Shown here: positions 19,344 through 27,307 of the stretch, one piece after another
How positions within the stretch are numbered: the first letter of the stretch is position 1
Layout: the number at the start of each line of letters is the position of its first letter
Source of the DNA: Candidatus Cloacimonadota bacterium
Lineage (GTDB): Bacteria; Cloacimonadota; Cloacimonadia; Cloacimonadales; Cloacimonadaceae
Direction: 5' to 3'
NCBI GenBank assembly: GCA_023228125.1
Contig: JALOBT010000006.1
Coordinates: 7,005-71,004, forward strand
DNA: 64,000 nt
Notes under the pieces: model-generated
What the model was told of the DNA's origin: nothing
Databases searched by the model: none
The model's input: only the letters and a program-made list of their open reading frames with translations
Position numbers and translations under genes: made by a program

Positions 19344-19392
19344 TGAAAGAGATTAAGCTCTCAGGCTGATCTTGTGCAGGCAGGATACATCA

Positions 19393-20484
19393 TTAATCCT
19401 TTCCGCGGATGTCTTTGTACATTTCTCTGAGCAGATAACCGCCCTGGATGGCTTGCAAGCTGGGCAGGGCATAATTTACTACCTGATTCCATTTGGCTAT
19501 GGGGTGTTTGGGTACAAAAACGATGTCATTGGGCTTGAGGCGGAAATCTCGCACTTGGGCCTTTAAGATGTCTTTGGTATCGATCTTGAAGATGCGCGGA
19601 TGAGAGAGGTTCCCGCGAATCACGTATATAGTATATTGAGCGGTGTCCTTGAAGCCTTGAGCAAAGGAGATGCTTTGCAACAGAGTCATATTTTCCTGGA
19701 AGAAGTAGTGGCCTTCCTGATTTACTTCGCCGAGGACGTAAACCTCACGATTGATGGCGGAAGGGATGTAGATATAGTCTCTATCCAAAAGCGGAATATT
19801 GTACAGCATATTGCCATTTTGGATCAGCTCTACGAAGTCTATGGGTAAGATACGCCCGTCTCGGATGATGAAAGTGCGTTCCAGATCAGCGAGTTCCACA
19901 GAGTTGTTTTGAAAATACCCCAAAGCCAGTCCACCAGCATCTGCCAGAGCGTCCAGAATCCTCATTCTGCCTTGGATTTCTATAATCCCGGGGTATGTCA
20001 CCTTGCCCAAGATGGTGATGGTGGCACTACGTGCTTCAAAGGGCAGGATAGATACCTGGGGATAGTTCAGATATCCTTTCAGCTTATCCTCTATCAGTGC
20101 TGTGGCTTCAGGTATGGTGAGCCCACCCACTTGCACTTCGCCGACTATGCGGTAAGATAAAGTCCCATCTTGTTTCACGATGATCGCGTCAGAATCCAAT
20201 TCCGGTTCATCATAAACATAGATCTTCATCTTATCACCAGGTCCCAAGCGATAGGTGGGAAGTGCTATATCGTTCAGACGAACCAGCTCTTCGATGGTTT
20301 CCTGGGTGGTTTGAGTGGCCAGATGGGTCTCTTCAAGGTATTCGGGCATGGCCTGCAGATTCTCTTCAATGTAATTGCTGTTTGTAGAACAAGCAGCAAG
20401 CATTATTCCCAAGGCGAGTACTGTGAGAAACCTGAGCTTGCCGAGAATCTTAATAGTATTCACGGAAGAAGTCCTTGTGTACAT
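19393..20484 (-). CDS. polysaccharide export outer-membrane lipoprotein (Wza-like; Poly_export + SLBB)
   Basis: Lipobox MLAACS. Poly_export motif YRLGPGDKMKIYVYDEPEL. SLBB-like segments follow. Confidence 0.8.
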   Translation of the reverse strand: MYTRTSSVNTIKILGKLRFLTVLALGIMLAACSTNSNYIEENLQAMPEYLEETHLATQTTQETIEELVRLNDIALPTYRLGPGDKMKIYVYDEPELDSDAIIVKQDGTLSYRIVGEVQVGGLTIPEATALIEDKLKGYLNYPQVSILPFEARSATITILGKVTYPGIIEIQGRMRILDALADAGGLALGYFQNNSVELADLERTFIIRDGRILPIDFVELIQNGNMLYNIPLLDRDYIYIPSAINREVYVLGEVNQEGHYFFQENMTLLQSISFAQGFKDTAQYTIYVIRGNLSHPRIFKIDTKDILKAQVRDFRLKPNDIVFVPKHPIAKWNQVVNYALPSLQAIQGGYLLREMYKDIRGKD

Positions 20485-22450
20485 AGTTTAAAACTCCATG
20501 GATTTTTGTGAAATCACGTTGTTTGAGATAGTCTGTCAAACGCTTGAGGCTGCTTCTGCTGCTGCTTTTGAATCTGGCGACCAGGATCAAAAGGTCTGAG
20601 CTTGCTGCGATAGAAGAAAATACAGATACATTGTATTCATGCTCCAAAAGCTCCCAAAAGATATAGTCATATTCCGGCAGCCGGTCTAATAGCTTCCTGA
20701 TATGGGATTCACTGAGCACTTTGCTAAAGATGCTGTCATCAGCCAGAAAATAGGCATTGTGAAGCAAGGCATTACTGGTGTCTATGGCATTACTTTGGTC
20801 TCCGTCATCTTGCCAGGGGTCCAGGATATAGTCCTCGGTCTCAGATCTGGTTTCCTTGATGGTTTCTATGTAAAGCACCTTTTTGTTCTGTTGATTAAAC
20901 ATAGCTATACAGTCCTTCATCAGAAAGGACTTCCCTGTCTCAGGGATGTCGCTGCCTACGCAGATCACCGGATGCGAGCTTTGGTCTGTCAAGCGCACTA
21001 TCTTATCTACCAGGACCTGTAGATTGCGGGAAAACACATTCTCTTCCACCTGAGTTTCATCGGGCAGAATCCCCAGCAGCGGGATGCGGATAAATTCAGC
21101 GAAATCTTTGGGTGACTTGGTATGGGTATCCAGCAATTCCTTTGCCAGCACAAAGATGCTACCAGCGGAAAAGATTATCAAGCCTATGGCAAATAAGATC
21201 AGCTTTCTACGGGCTCCTTCAGGATGCTCGGGCACTTTGGCCTCTTCCAAAATCTCATAATCACTGATGTTTGATTGCATCGCCATCTTGGATTCGGCCA
21301 GCCGGCTTTCCACCAAGCGCAAAATGTCCTGATTCAAGCTCAATTGTCGTTCTATCTCAAAGAAATCACGCTGGACCAGGATGAGGCTTTCCAAGGCTGC
21401 TCGAAGCTTTTGGACTTCCAATTGAAATTCGATATCTTTTTGTAGTGCGCCTTTGCGCTCTGCTTCAAATCTGGATTTATCTACATTGTAATATTGGGTC
21501 AAGTCACTTGGGCCCCAAGTTGTGGCTTCGGGAAGGTCTCTATCTGTTTCGACCATGATCGTTTTCAGCTCTTCAATCTCAGAAAGTACCTTTCTTACTT
21601 TGGGGTTTGCATCTGTGTAACGGGAGCGCAGCAATTCCAATTCGTTTTCCAATTGCAGCATCTTTTTAGCATCAGTCTGGGTAAAGGTTCGGGTACGCAC
21701 CACCTCATCAGGCAGTTCATCGATTTTCACCTGCATCTCAGCTATCTTACTGTCCAAATCCTTGACATTAAGGGCGTTTTCGATCATCTTCAATTCCACT
21801 TCTTTGAGCTGATCAAATTTGGACTGAGTTTCCTGAGGGATAGAGATTACGCCATATTGGGCACGATGTTGCTCATACTGCTGTTCAAGGGCTTCTATAT
21901 TCCTGAGCCGTAAGGCCTGTTGCTCCAGATAATAGTTATAGAGCTTGAGGGTGGCCGAATTCAGTAGCTTAACATTATGAAGAATAAAGGACTCCGCCGC
22001 AGCATTGGCAATATCCGCAGCCAGTTCTGGATTCTTCCAGCTCACCGAAAAGCGCAAGACATTGGAGCGATTCCCCCTTTGTACATCGATTTTGCGGTAG
22101 AGCTCATCTGGTTTGATCTTTAAATCCAGTTTGCTGATCACCTGGGAAAGTACATCCCGGGTGCGCACGGTCTCCAAAATGGTATTGATATCAAAGGTCT
22201 GATACAAATAGGGCATATCCGCCGGAGTGGACATATTCTTGGGTGCCCGGATCACATAGCAATTCGCTTTCCAACTGGGGCGCAATCTAATCTGAACCAG
22301 GATTCCTGCGATGACCACCGCGATAAAGGTAACGATTAAAAGTCGCTTAAGTTTGCTGAGGTAAACCTTTGCCAACATTCCCCGGTCAAAGACAAAAGCT
22401 GGGAATTCTGCAGCGGGATGTTCATCCGAATGTAGATTATCACTTAACAA
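20450..22450 (-). CDS. GumC/Wzc-like chain-length determinant fused to a degenerate BY-kinase-like domain
   Basis: 666 aa. Has a Wzz-type N-terminal TM segment, a long coiled-coil periplasmic region and a second TM segment. The C-terminal domain has a P-loop-like GSDIPETGKS and ends with the Tyr-containing tail DFFREYY. The track start is a TTG at 22450; the first ATG is at 22378. Confidence 0.7.
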   Translation of the reverse strand: MLSDNLHSDEHPAAEFPAFVFDRGMLAKVYLSKLKRLLIVTFIAVVIAGILVQIRLRPSWKANCYVIRAPKNMSTPADMPYLYQTFDINTILETVRTRDVLSQVISKLDLKIKPDELYRKIDVQRGNRSNVLRFSVSWKNPELAADIANAAAESFILHNVKLLNSATLKLYNYYLEQQALRLRNIEALEQQYEQHRAQYGVISIPQETQSKFDQLKEVELKMIENALNVKDLDSKIAEMQVKIDELPDEVVRTRTFTQTDAKKMLQLENELELLRSRYTDANPKVRKVLSEIEELKTIMVETDRDLPEATTWGPSDLTQYYNVDKSRFEAERKGALQKDIEFQLEVQKLRAALESLILVQRDFFEIERQLSLNQDILRLVESRLAESKMAMQSNISDYEILEEAKVPEHPEGARRKLILFAIGLIIFSAGSIFVLAKELLDTHTKSPKDFAEFIRIPLLGILPDETQVEENVFSRNLQVLVDKIVRLTDQSSHPVICVGSDIPETGKSFLMKDCIAMFNQQNKKVLYIETIKETRSETEDYILDPWQDDGDQSNAIDTSNALLHNAYFLADDSIFSKVLSESHIRKLLDRLPEYDYIFWELLEHEYNVSVFSSIAASSDLLILVARFKSSSRSSLKRLTDYLKQRDFTKIHGVLNYVHKDFFREYY

Positions 22451-23579
22451 GTTCTTTCTCCATTGTTTTCCTGATATCTGTGATGGACTGGATCTCTTGA
22501 GGGATCTCTTTGTTTGAAAGCATTATCGAATATGAATGGGGAGCATCAGGTTCGTAACCGTGCATCCCGGGAATCATCTTCAAGCCCATAAAACTGGGAC
22601 ACAGCAAAATGCCTTCATTTAAAAGAAAATAGGTTTCGCCAAAGCGGCCATGCTCAAAATAGACCTGCATAGCTTTGAGCTCATCATCAGAGATGATCTT
22701 TCCACAGCTCAAGCCGGCAAGTAAGGCCATGATATCACGCTTTGCAGAGTCGTTTTTCCACCAGAACCTGGCCATGGTGGAATCGTAAAACGCTATATAG
22801 TCTTGGCCATATTGGTAGCCCAGAGCCTCGATATCTTTCTTCAAATCATAGCTTCCTTGCACAGGTGCCATGCCGTGATCTGAGATGATATACAAGCTTA
22901 CTTCATCGTACACTTTAGTGGCAAATTGATAGAGCTGTGTGATCTGAAGCTCCAGGGAGTTCAATTTGTCTTGAGTAGCCTGGGAGAAGGGGCCGTGTTC
23001 ATGCATTACAGCATCCAGATGCGGCAGATAGACATAGGTAAGCTCTACCTTAGCCTCGCTGATTACTTTCTTGTTCTCCAGCAGAATTTGCTCTTCGCTG
23101 TGGCGCCAGTTTGAGCAGTAATAGGGAATATCATGCTGCACGCACCAATCGAAAATGGTGTCTGTAGCCAGGATGCCACCCGGCACAAAATAGTCTTTCT
23201 TCTCCAGATAGTCAAAGTAAGGCAGGTATTTGAAAGGAACGTTATAGAGCTGGAAATAGCCGGTATAGGAATGCATGGCCTTGATTACTTTGCTTAAGGC
23301 ATGCCTTACACGCCAACGGTCAAAGATCTGAGGAGGGAGCAAGGCAAAACTTTTTAGCCATTTAAAGGGTGAATGTTCAGGATCATAGATGAAGCTGGAC
23401 CAATGCAAGTGCTCATCAGGATATCTTCCTGTAAGGATAGAGGGGTCGGCTGCGGACGAAAATCCGAAGGTGGTCTTAAGTTTGCGTTGGTTCGGTGCCA
23501 AGGCAGACATAAAACCATATTTCTGATAAACCTCCCAGCCCAGAGCGTCTATGAACACATACATGGCCAATTTCTTCAT
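22440..23579 (-). CDS. alkaline-phosphatase-superfamily protein (type I phosphodiesterase/nucleotide pyrophosphatase-like)
   Basis: Taken from the ATG at 23579 (MKKLAMYVFIDALGW), which has an AGGGGA SD sequence. Metal-ligand motifs are FIDALG, LDAVMHEHG and ISDHGM. No TM segment. Confidence 0.7.
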   Translation of the reverse strand: MKKLAMYVFIDALGWEVYQKYGFMSALAPNQRKLKTTFGFSSAADPSILTGRYPDEHLHWSSFIYDPEHSPFKWLKSFALLPPQIFDRWRVRHALSKVIKAMHSYTGYFQLYNVPFKYLPYFDYLEKKDYFVPGGILATDTIFDWCVQHDIPYYCSNWRHSEEQILLENKKVISEAKVELTYVYLPHLDAVMHEHGPFSQATQDKLNSLELQITQLYQFATKVYDEVSLYIISDHGMAPVQGSYDLKKDIEALGYQYGQDYIAFYDSTMARFWWKNDSAKRDIMALLAGLSCGKIISDDELKAMQVYFEHGRFGETYFLLNEGILLCPSFMGLKMIPGMHGYEPDAPHSYSIMLSNKEIPQEIQSITDIRKTMEKELVK

Positions 23580-23593
23580 CTTAATATTCCCCT

Positions 23594-24733
23594 TTAATTG
23601 TAAGCTTGCCACAGCTTTACAAAACTATACCTTAACATTTCAAGATCATAATGCTCAGGTAGTGACAATATAGTTTGCAGCCGGATATTGTCAATCTTAT
23701 CTTCAAAAAGCAGGTGGGGGAGAGCCATATACAAACGCAATCTGGGATGGCTAAATGCCGCTTTACTTAATATAGCTTGTGGAGGCAGATCGCGCAGGGT
23801 GTAGCCCAGATTCTTTATTCTCATAGCTTTCCGGGAAGTGGATACCTGAGTAAGCCGCTGAAGATATTGGCTGTAGGATAGGCTCTTTTCGCCAAAGTAG
23901 CGTGCCCAAAGAGCATAGTAAATATCACGATAAATCTGTATAGCCTGGGCAAATTCCGCTTGCAAAGCTTCCCAGCCGGGATCGTGCAGCTCTGGCTTTA
24001 GCTTGAAGGCCATAGCCGAGCTGATCAGCTCTTTTAGACTGGGTTGATCTGTGTACTGCGAAAGATCGAGATCTGCCAGATCTTTCAGACGCTGCAGGTT
24101 TGAGTGATGATACTTGCGCTCAAAGATCAGGATTGCATCCAAAATCCCCTGATAGGCTTTGTGGATATTGCGCAAGATAAAATCCAGATTCCGGTGATAA
24201 TCCTCCTGGCTCAGATATTCCCGGGCAAAAAAGAGTCCCATGCCGCGGTTCATCAGCATCCTGAGTGCCTCATCCTGAGGAAGATCTTCAGGCTTCCAAG
24301 CGGGTAGGTAGCTCAGGATGTGGGCATTGCCATAGATTACTTTATGAGCGCAGCTCAGGTCATAGTACATCAGGCTAATATCTTCATGTGTCAGGCTGCT
24401 CGCGTTTTTGGCCTTGGCAAAATCAATATCTATGCCATAGTGTTCGCTCAGCTCTTGATGCAGAGTGCTCAGTTTTTGGTTTACAGAGCGTTTTTGCCAG
24501 AATGGCAGAGCATTTGTAAATACGAAGAAATCCAGATCGTTATAGAGCTTTTCCTGGCCATCCTGGAGCAGAACTCCACCTTCAGAGCGGCCATAACCTC
24601 CGCCCAAAACCAAAGCTTTGACCTTGTGTGATGGAATCACTTCCAAAAACCGCTCACAGATTTCCCACAACACTTTCTGGATGTAGTTATGAAAGCTGTC
24701 ACTACCGTAAACGCTATACTTTGGCACCTGCAT
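23594..24733 (-). CDS. Pol-beta-fold nucleotidyltransferase-domain protein, function unknown
   Basis: 379 aa. Minimal NTase signature LGGGYGRSEGG-x15-NDLDFFVF, with a downstream acidic IDIDF. The C-terminal part is predicted helical. Confidence 0.55.
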   Translation of the reverse strand: MQVPKYSVYGSDSFHNYIQKVLWEICERFLEVIPSHKVKALVLGGGYGRSEGGVLLQDGQEKLYNDLDFFVFTNALPFWQKRSVNQKLSTLHQELSEHYGIDIDFAKAKNASSLTHEDISLMYYDLSCAHKVIYGNAHILSYLPAWKPEDLPQDEALRMLMNRGMGLFFAREYLSQEDYHRNLDFILRNIHKAYQGILDAILIFERKYHHSNLQRLKDLADLDLSQYTDQPSLKELISSAMAFKLKPELHDPGWEALQAEFAQAIQIYRDIYYALWARYFGEKSLSYSQYLQRLTQVSTSRKAMRIKNLGYTLRDLPPQAILSKAAFSHPRLRLYMALPHLLFEDKIDNIRLQTILSLPEHYDLEMLRYSFVKLWQAYN

Positions 24734-26135
24734 CCTTCTTTTGAGGCTTCGATTTCAAGCCATGAAAAGGTCTTCTGAACAAGGCTCTAAACAAAATCTG
24801 GAGGTTTAGAAGGGTGGATATCTTATCAATATACTCCAGCTCATAAAAAATCTCAGCTTCCAGATTACCGTCTTTTTGGCTTTCTGCCAAGGAAAATACA
24901 CCCGGATTATATACCGGTAATTCCATAATCATCTCACGGTGTTTGACCGTATTGGTCAGCAGTCTATTGCCCACCAAATATAGCTTTCCAGAAAAGGCGG
25001 CACTGTAAAGCTGATCAAATTTATCCAGAGACATATTCAGTAGCATTCGCCCCCACCAACTTTTTGTCAAGACCTCGGAATCGGTATAGGAATCTACACT
25101 CAGGTTATGATCCATCAAGTACTCAGCTTTCTTTTTGCCTGCAATGAGGCGGTAGGGCAGAAAGAGCAGCAGCCAGGGCAGGGCTTGCAACAGAAAGAGT
25201 AGCAGTGCCAAAGCTCTCTGAACCATGCGGTTAAAGAAAGAAGTAACGATACCCAATTCTACTTGAGACAAGAGCACCCGATCCGCAAAATGGATATGTT
25301 CACTGGATTCAGCACTGATGAGATGTCCCTTATACACTATTTTGTGATCAATATCCAGATCTTTGCCCACATAGGTATTATCATATACAATGCTATGAGT
25401 TACACTACTGCCATCATCGATGATTACGTTATTGCCGATGATGCTATTGGGCCCCACCAGGGTATCTTTTTGAAAGCGGCAGTTATTCCCGATCATAATG
25501 GGCGCATGTAATTCAGAGCTGCGTGGATAGACCAGATTCAGGCCCAGGAAAGTTTCTTTGTCGTTGGAGTAGCCCGGCAAGACATAGTCCTTACTATATT
25601 TGTTCAGGATTGCCATGCTGATATTGTAGTAGGTGATGGCATCTGGTATTTCCAGAACCTTGCAAGCATCGGATAGCTTAACGTCTTCATGGCAGAGCTC
25701 GCTGATTTTATCACCTTGGGGCAGATAAAGTATGCGCCGTTTCTCACAGCAGAATCTTGAAGAAAAGTCGATAGCTTTTTGGATCTGATTGCGATCGTAT
25801 TGCAGAAAGAAGAATCCATTCCAAATCAGAAGATCATCATTCTTAGCAAAGGAGTAGTTCTTCAGGTAAACGTTTTGTATGCTATCGCCAGAGCGTGCGA
25901 AGGCATAAGAGATCTCGATTCCCCATTTTGTGCCAAAGCCCAGATGATGCTGGAGCTCTTTGATGGAATCATCGGATACTATTCTCAGTTCTTTGATATT
26001 CATCAGCACAGCAAAATCCAAAGAGTATTCTACAAGGGGTTTGTTGGCTATTTTTAGCAGATAGGGGTTTACCCCTGGTAAATACTCAGTCAGCCAAGAG
26101 CTTTCTTCACTTTTTGCATATATCAAACAACGCAC
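24714..26135 (-). CDS. multidomain protein: degenerate NTP-transferase-like domain, hexapeptide (LbH) repeats, TM segment, and degenerate bacterial sugar-transferase-like domain
   Basis: 473 aa, GTG start preceded by a GTGAGG SD sequence. The N-terminus ...KIANKPLVEYSLDF resembles a sugar-nucleotidyltransferase but lacks the G-x-G-T-R loop. LbH repeats: IGNNCRF..VGPNSIIGNNVIIDDGSSV. The C-terminus is collinear with the PGT domain, but DELPQL is replaced by DKFDQL and VGPRP by VGNRL. Confidence 0.65.
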   Translation of the reverse strand: MRCLIYAKSEESSWLTEYLPGVNPYLLKIANKPLVEYSLDFAVLMNIKELRIVSDDSIKELQHHLGFGTKWGIEISYAFARSGDSIQNVYLKNYSFAKNDDLLIWNGFFFLQYDRNQIQKAIDFSSRFCCEKRRILYLPQGDKISELCHEDVKLSDACKVLEIPDAITYYNISMAILNKYSKDYVLPGYSNDKETFLGLNLVYPRSSELHAPIMIGNNCRFQKDTLVGPNSIIGNNVIIDDGSSVTHSIVYDNTYVGKDLDIDHKIVYKGHLISAESSEHIHFADRVLLSQVELGIVTSFFNRMVQRALALLLFLLQALPWLLLFLPYRLIAGKKKAEYLMDHNLSVDSYTDSEVLTKSWWGRMLLNMSLDKFDQLYSAAFSGKLYLVGNRLLTNTVKHREMIMELPVYNPGVFSLAESQKDGNLEAEIFYELEYIDKISTLLNLQILFRALFRRPFHGLKSKPQKKDAGAKV

Positions 26136-26158
26136 ATAGCCTCACTTTCTTAAGAAGT

Positions 26159-26506
26159 TCATTCACCCAAGTCCTGATCAAAACCGAGTAGTGCAGTTTC
26201 CAGGTCGTCAAAAATGTGAAATATCCGGTGCGCTCTGGTAATATCAAATACCATGCGCGGCTTTTCCTGCAAGTTTGCGATATAGATGTCGCCTCCACCC
26301 TGAGAGGCGGATTTGAGGCAGGCTACGATGGTGCCCAGCCCTGTGCTATCTATGAAGTCACATTCCTTTAAATCAAACACAAAATTCACGGCTTTATCTG
26401 CCACTTCCGAAAACAGGCCTCTAAGCTGCGGAGCGCTGTAAGCATCCAGGCGTCCTTTGAGCTCAATAATGCCGATCCGGTTTTCTTGTCTATAGTTAAT
26501 ATTCAT
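26159..26506 (-). CDS. STAS-domain anti-sigma-factor antagonist (SpoIIAA/RsbV-like)
   Basis: 115 aa. Contains GIIELKGRLDAYSAPQLR..., the DSTGLG phosphorylation-site motif, and LETAL near the C-terminus. GAGGAG SD sequence. Confidence 0.85.
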   Translation of the reverse strand: MNINYRQENRIGIIELKGRLDAYSAPQLRGLFSEVADKAVNFVFDLKECDFIDSTGLGTIVACLKSASQGGGDIYIANLQEKPRMVFDITRAHRIFHIFDDLETALLGFDQDLGE

Positions 26507-26557
26507 CTTGTCTCCTCATAGATATTATTTCTGGTGCCCAAAGCCAAGCCAGTCTCA

Positions 26558-27289
26558 TCAATAAGCTCCTTTGCCACTGATGACGGCCGGGATGGTCTTT
26601 AGCAAGATAATCAGGTCATTCTTTATGCCTTGGCTGCGGATGTATTGCATGTCAAGCTGCACCTGTTGCTGAAAAGGAATCTCGCTGCGCCCTTTGATTT
26701 GCCAGAGGCAGGTGATGCCAGGCTTCACATGCAGTCTTTTTCTGTCTTCCAGTGAATATTGCAGCACCTCCAGGGGAAGTGGCGGTCTGGGACCCACCAG
26801 GCTCATGTCTCCTTTTAGCACATTGAACAATTGCGGTAGTTCGTCTATAGAGAAACGCCGGATGAACTTGCCCACCCTGGTTATCCGCGGGTCGTTTTTC
26901 ATCTTGAAGATAACCCCATCTTTGGATTCATTCTGCTTTAGAAGTTGATCTTTGTGCTTATCCGCATCTTTATACATAGAGCGGAATTTGATAAAGCCGA
27001 AGTAAGCGCCATTCAGCCCCACTCTATTTGCTACGTAAAATATGGGGCCAGGATCTGTGATGTAGATGAGTATAGCAGTTACCAAAAAGAGCGGTGAAAG
27101 CAAGATAAGTAAGATCAGCGAACCTGAAAAGTCCATGGCAGCCTTGATGGATTTGGCAAAACTCACGGTCCATTCCCAGATTGAAATCTTGAGCTGCATC
27201 CGCAGGGGGCTTCTTTTTTTACCCATCTGGATCAGCCGTTCGATCTCTTTTATCCGCTGACTATTTATGTTTCCTTTCAAAGCTGCCAT
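26558..27289 (-). CDS. small monotopic phosphoglycosyl transferase (bacterial sugar transferase family; priming enzyme)
   Basis: 243 aa with one hydrophobic segment. Motifs: PGPIFYVANRVGLNGAYFGFIKFRSM, DELPQLFNVLKGDMSLVGPRPP and KPGITCLWQI. Confidence 0.85.
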   Translation of the reverse strand: MAALKGNINSQRIKEIERLIQMGKKRSPLRMQLKISIWEWTVSFAKSIKAAMDFSGSLILLILLSPLFLVTAILIYITDPGPIFYVANRVGLNGAYFGFIKFRSMYKDADKHKDQLLKQNESKDGVIFKMKNDPRITRVGKFIRRFSIDELPQLFNVLKGDMSLVGPRPPLPLEVLQYSLEDRKRLHVKPGITCLWQIKGRSEIPFQQQVQLDMQYIRSQGIKNDLIILLKTIPAVISGKGAY

Positions 27290-27307
27290 TTCTTTTCATT
27301 CTCCAAA

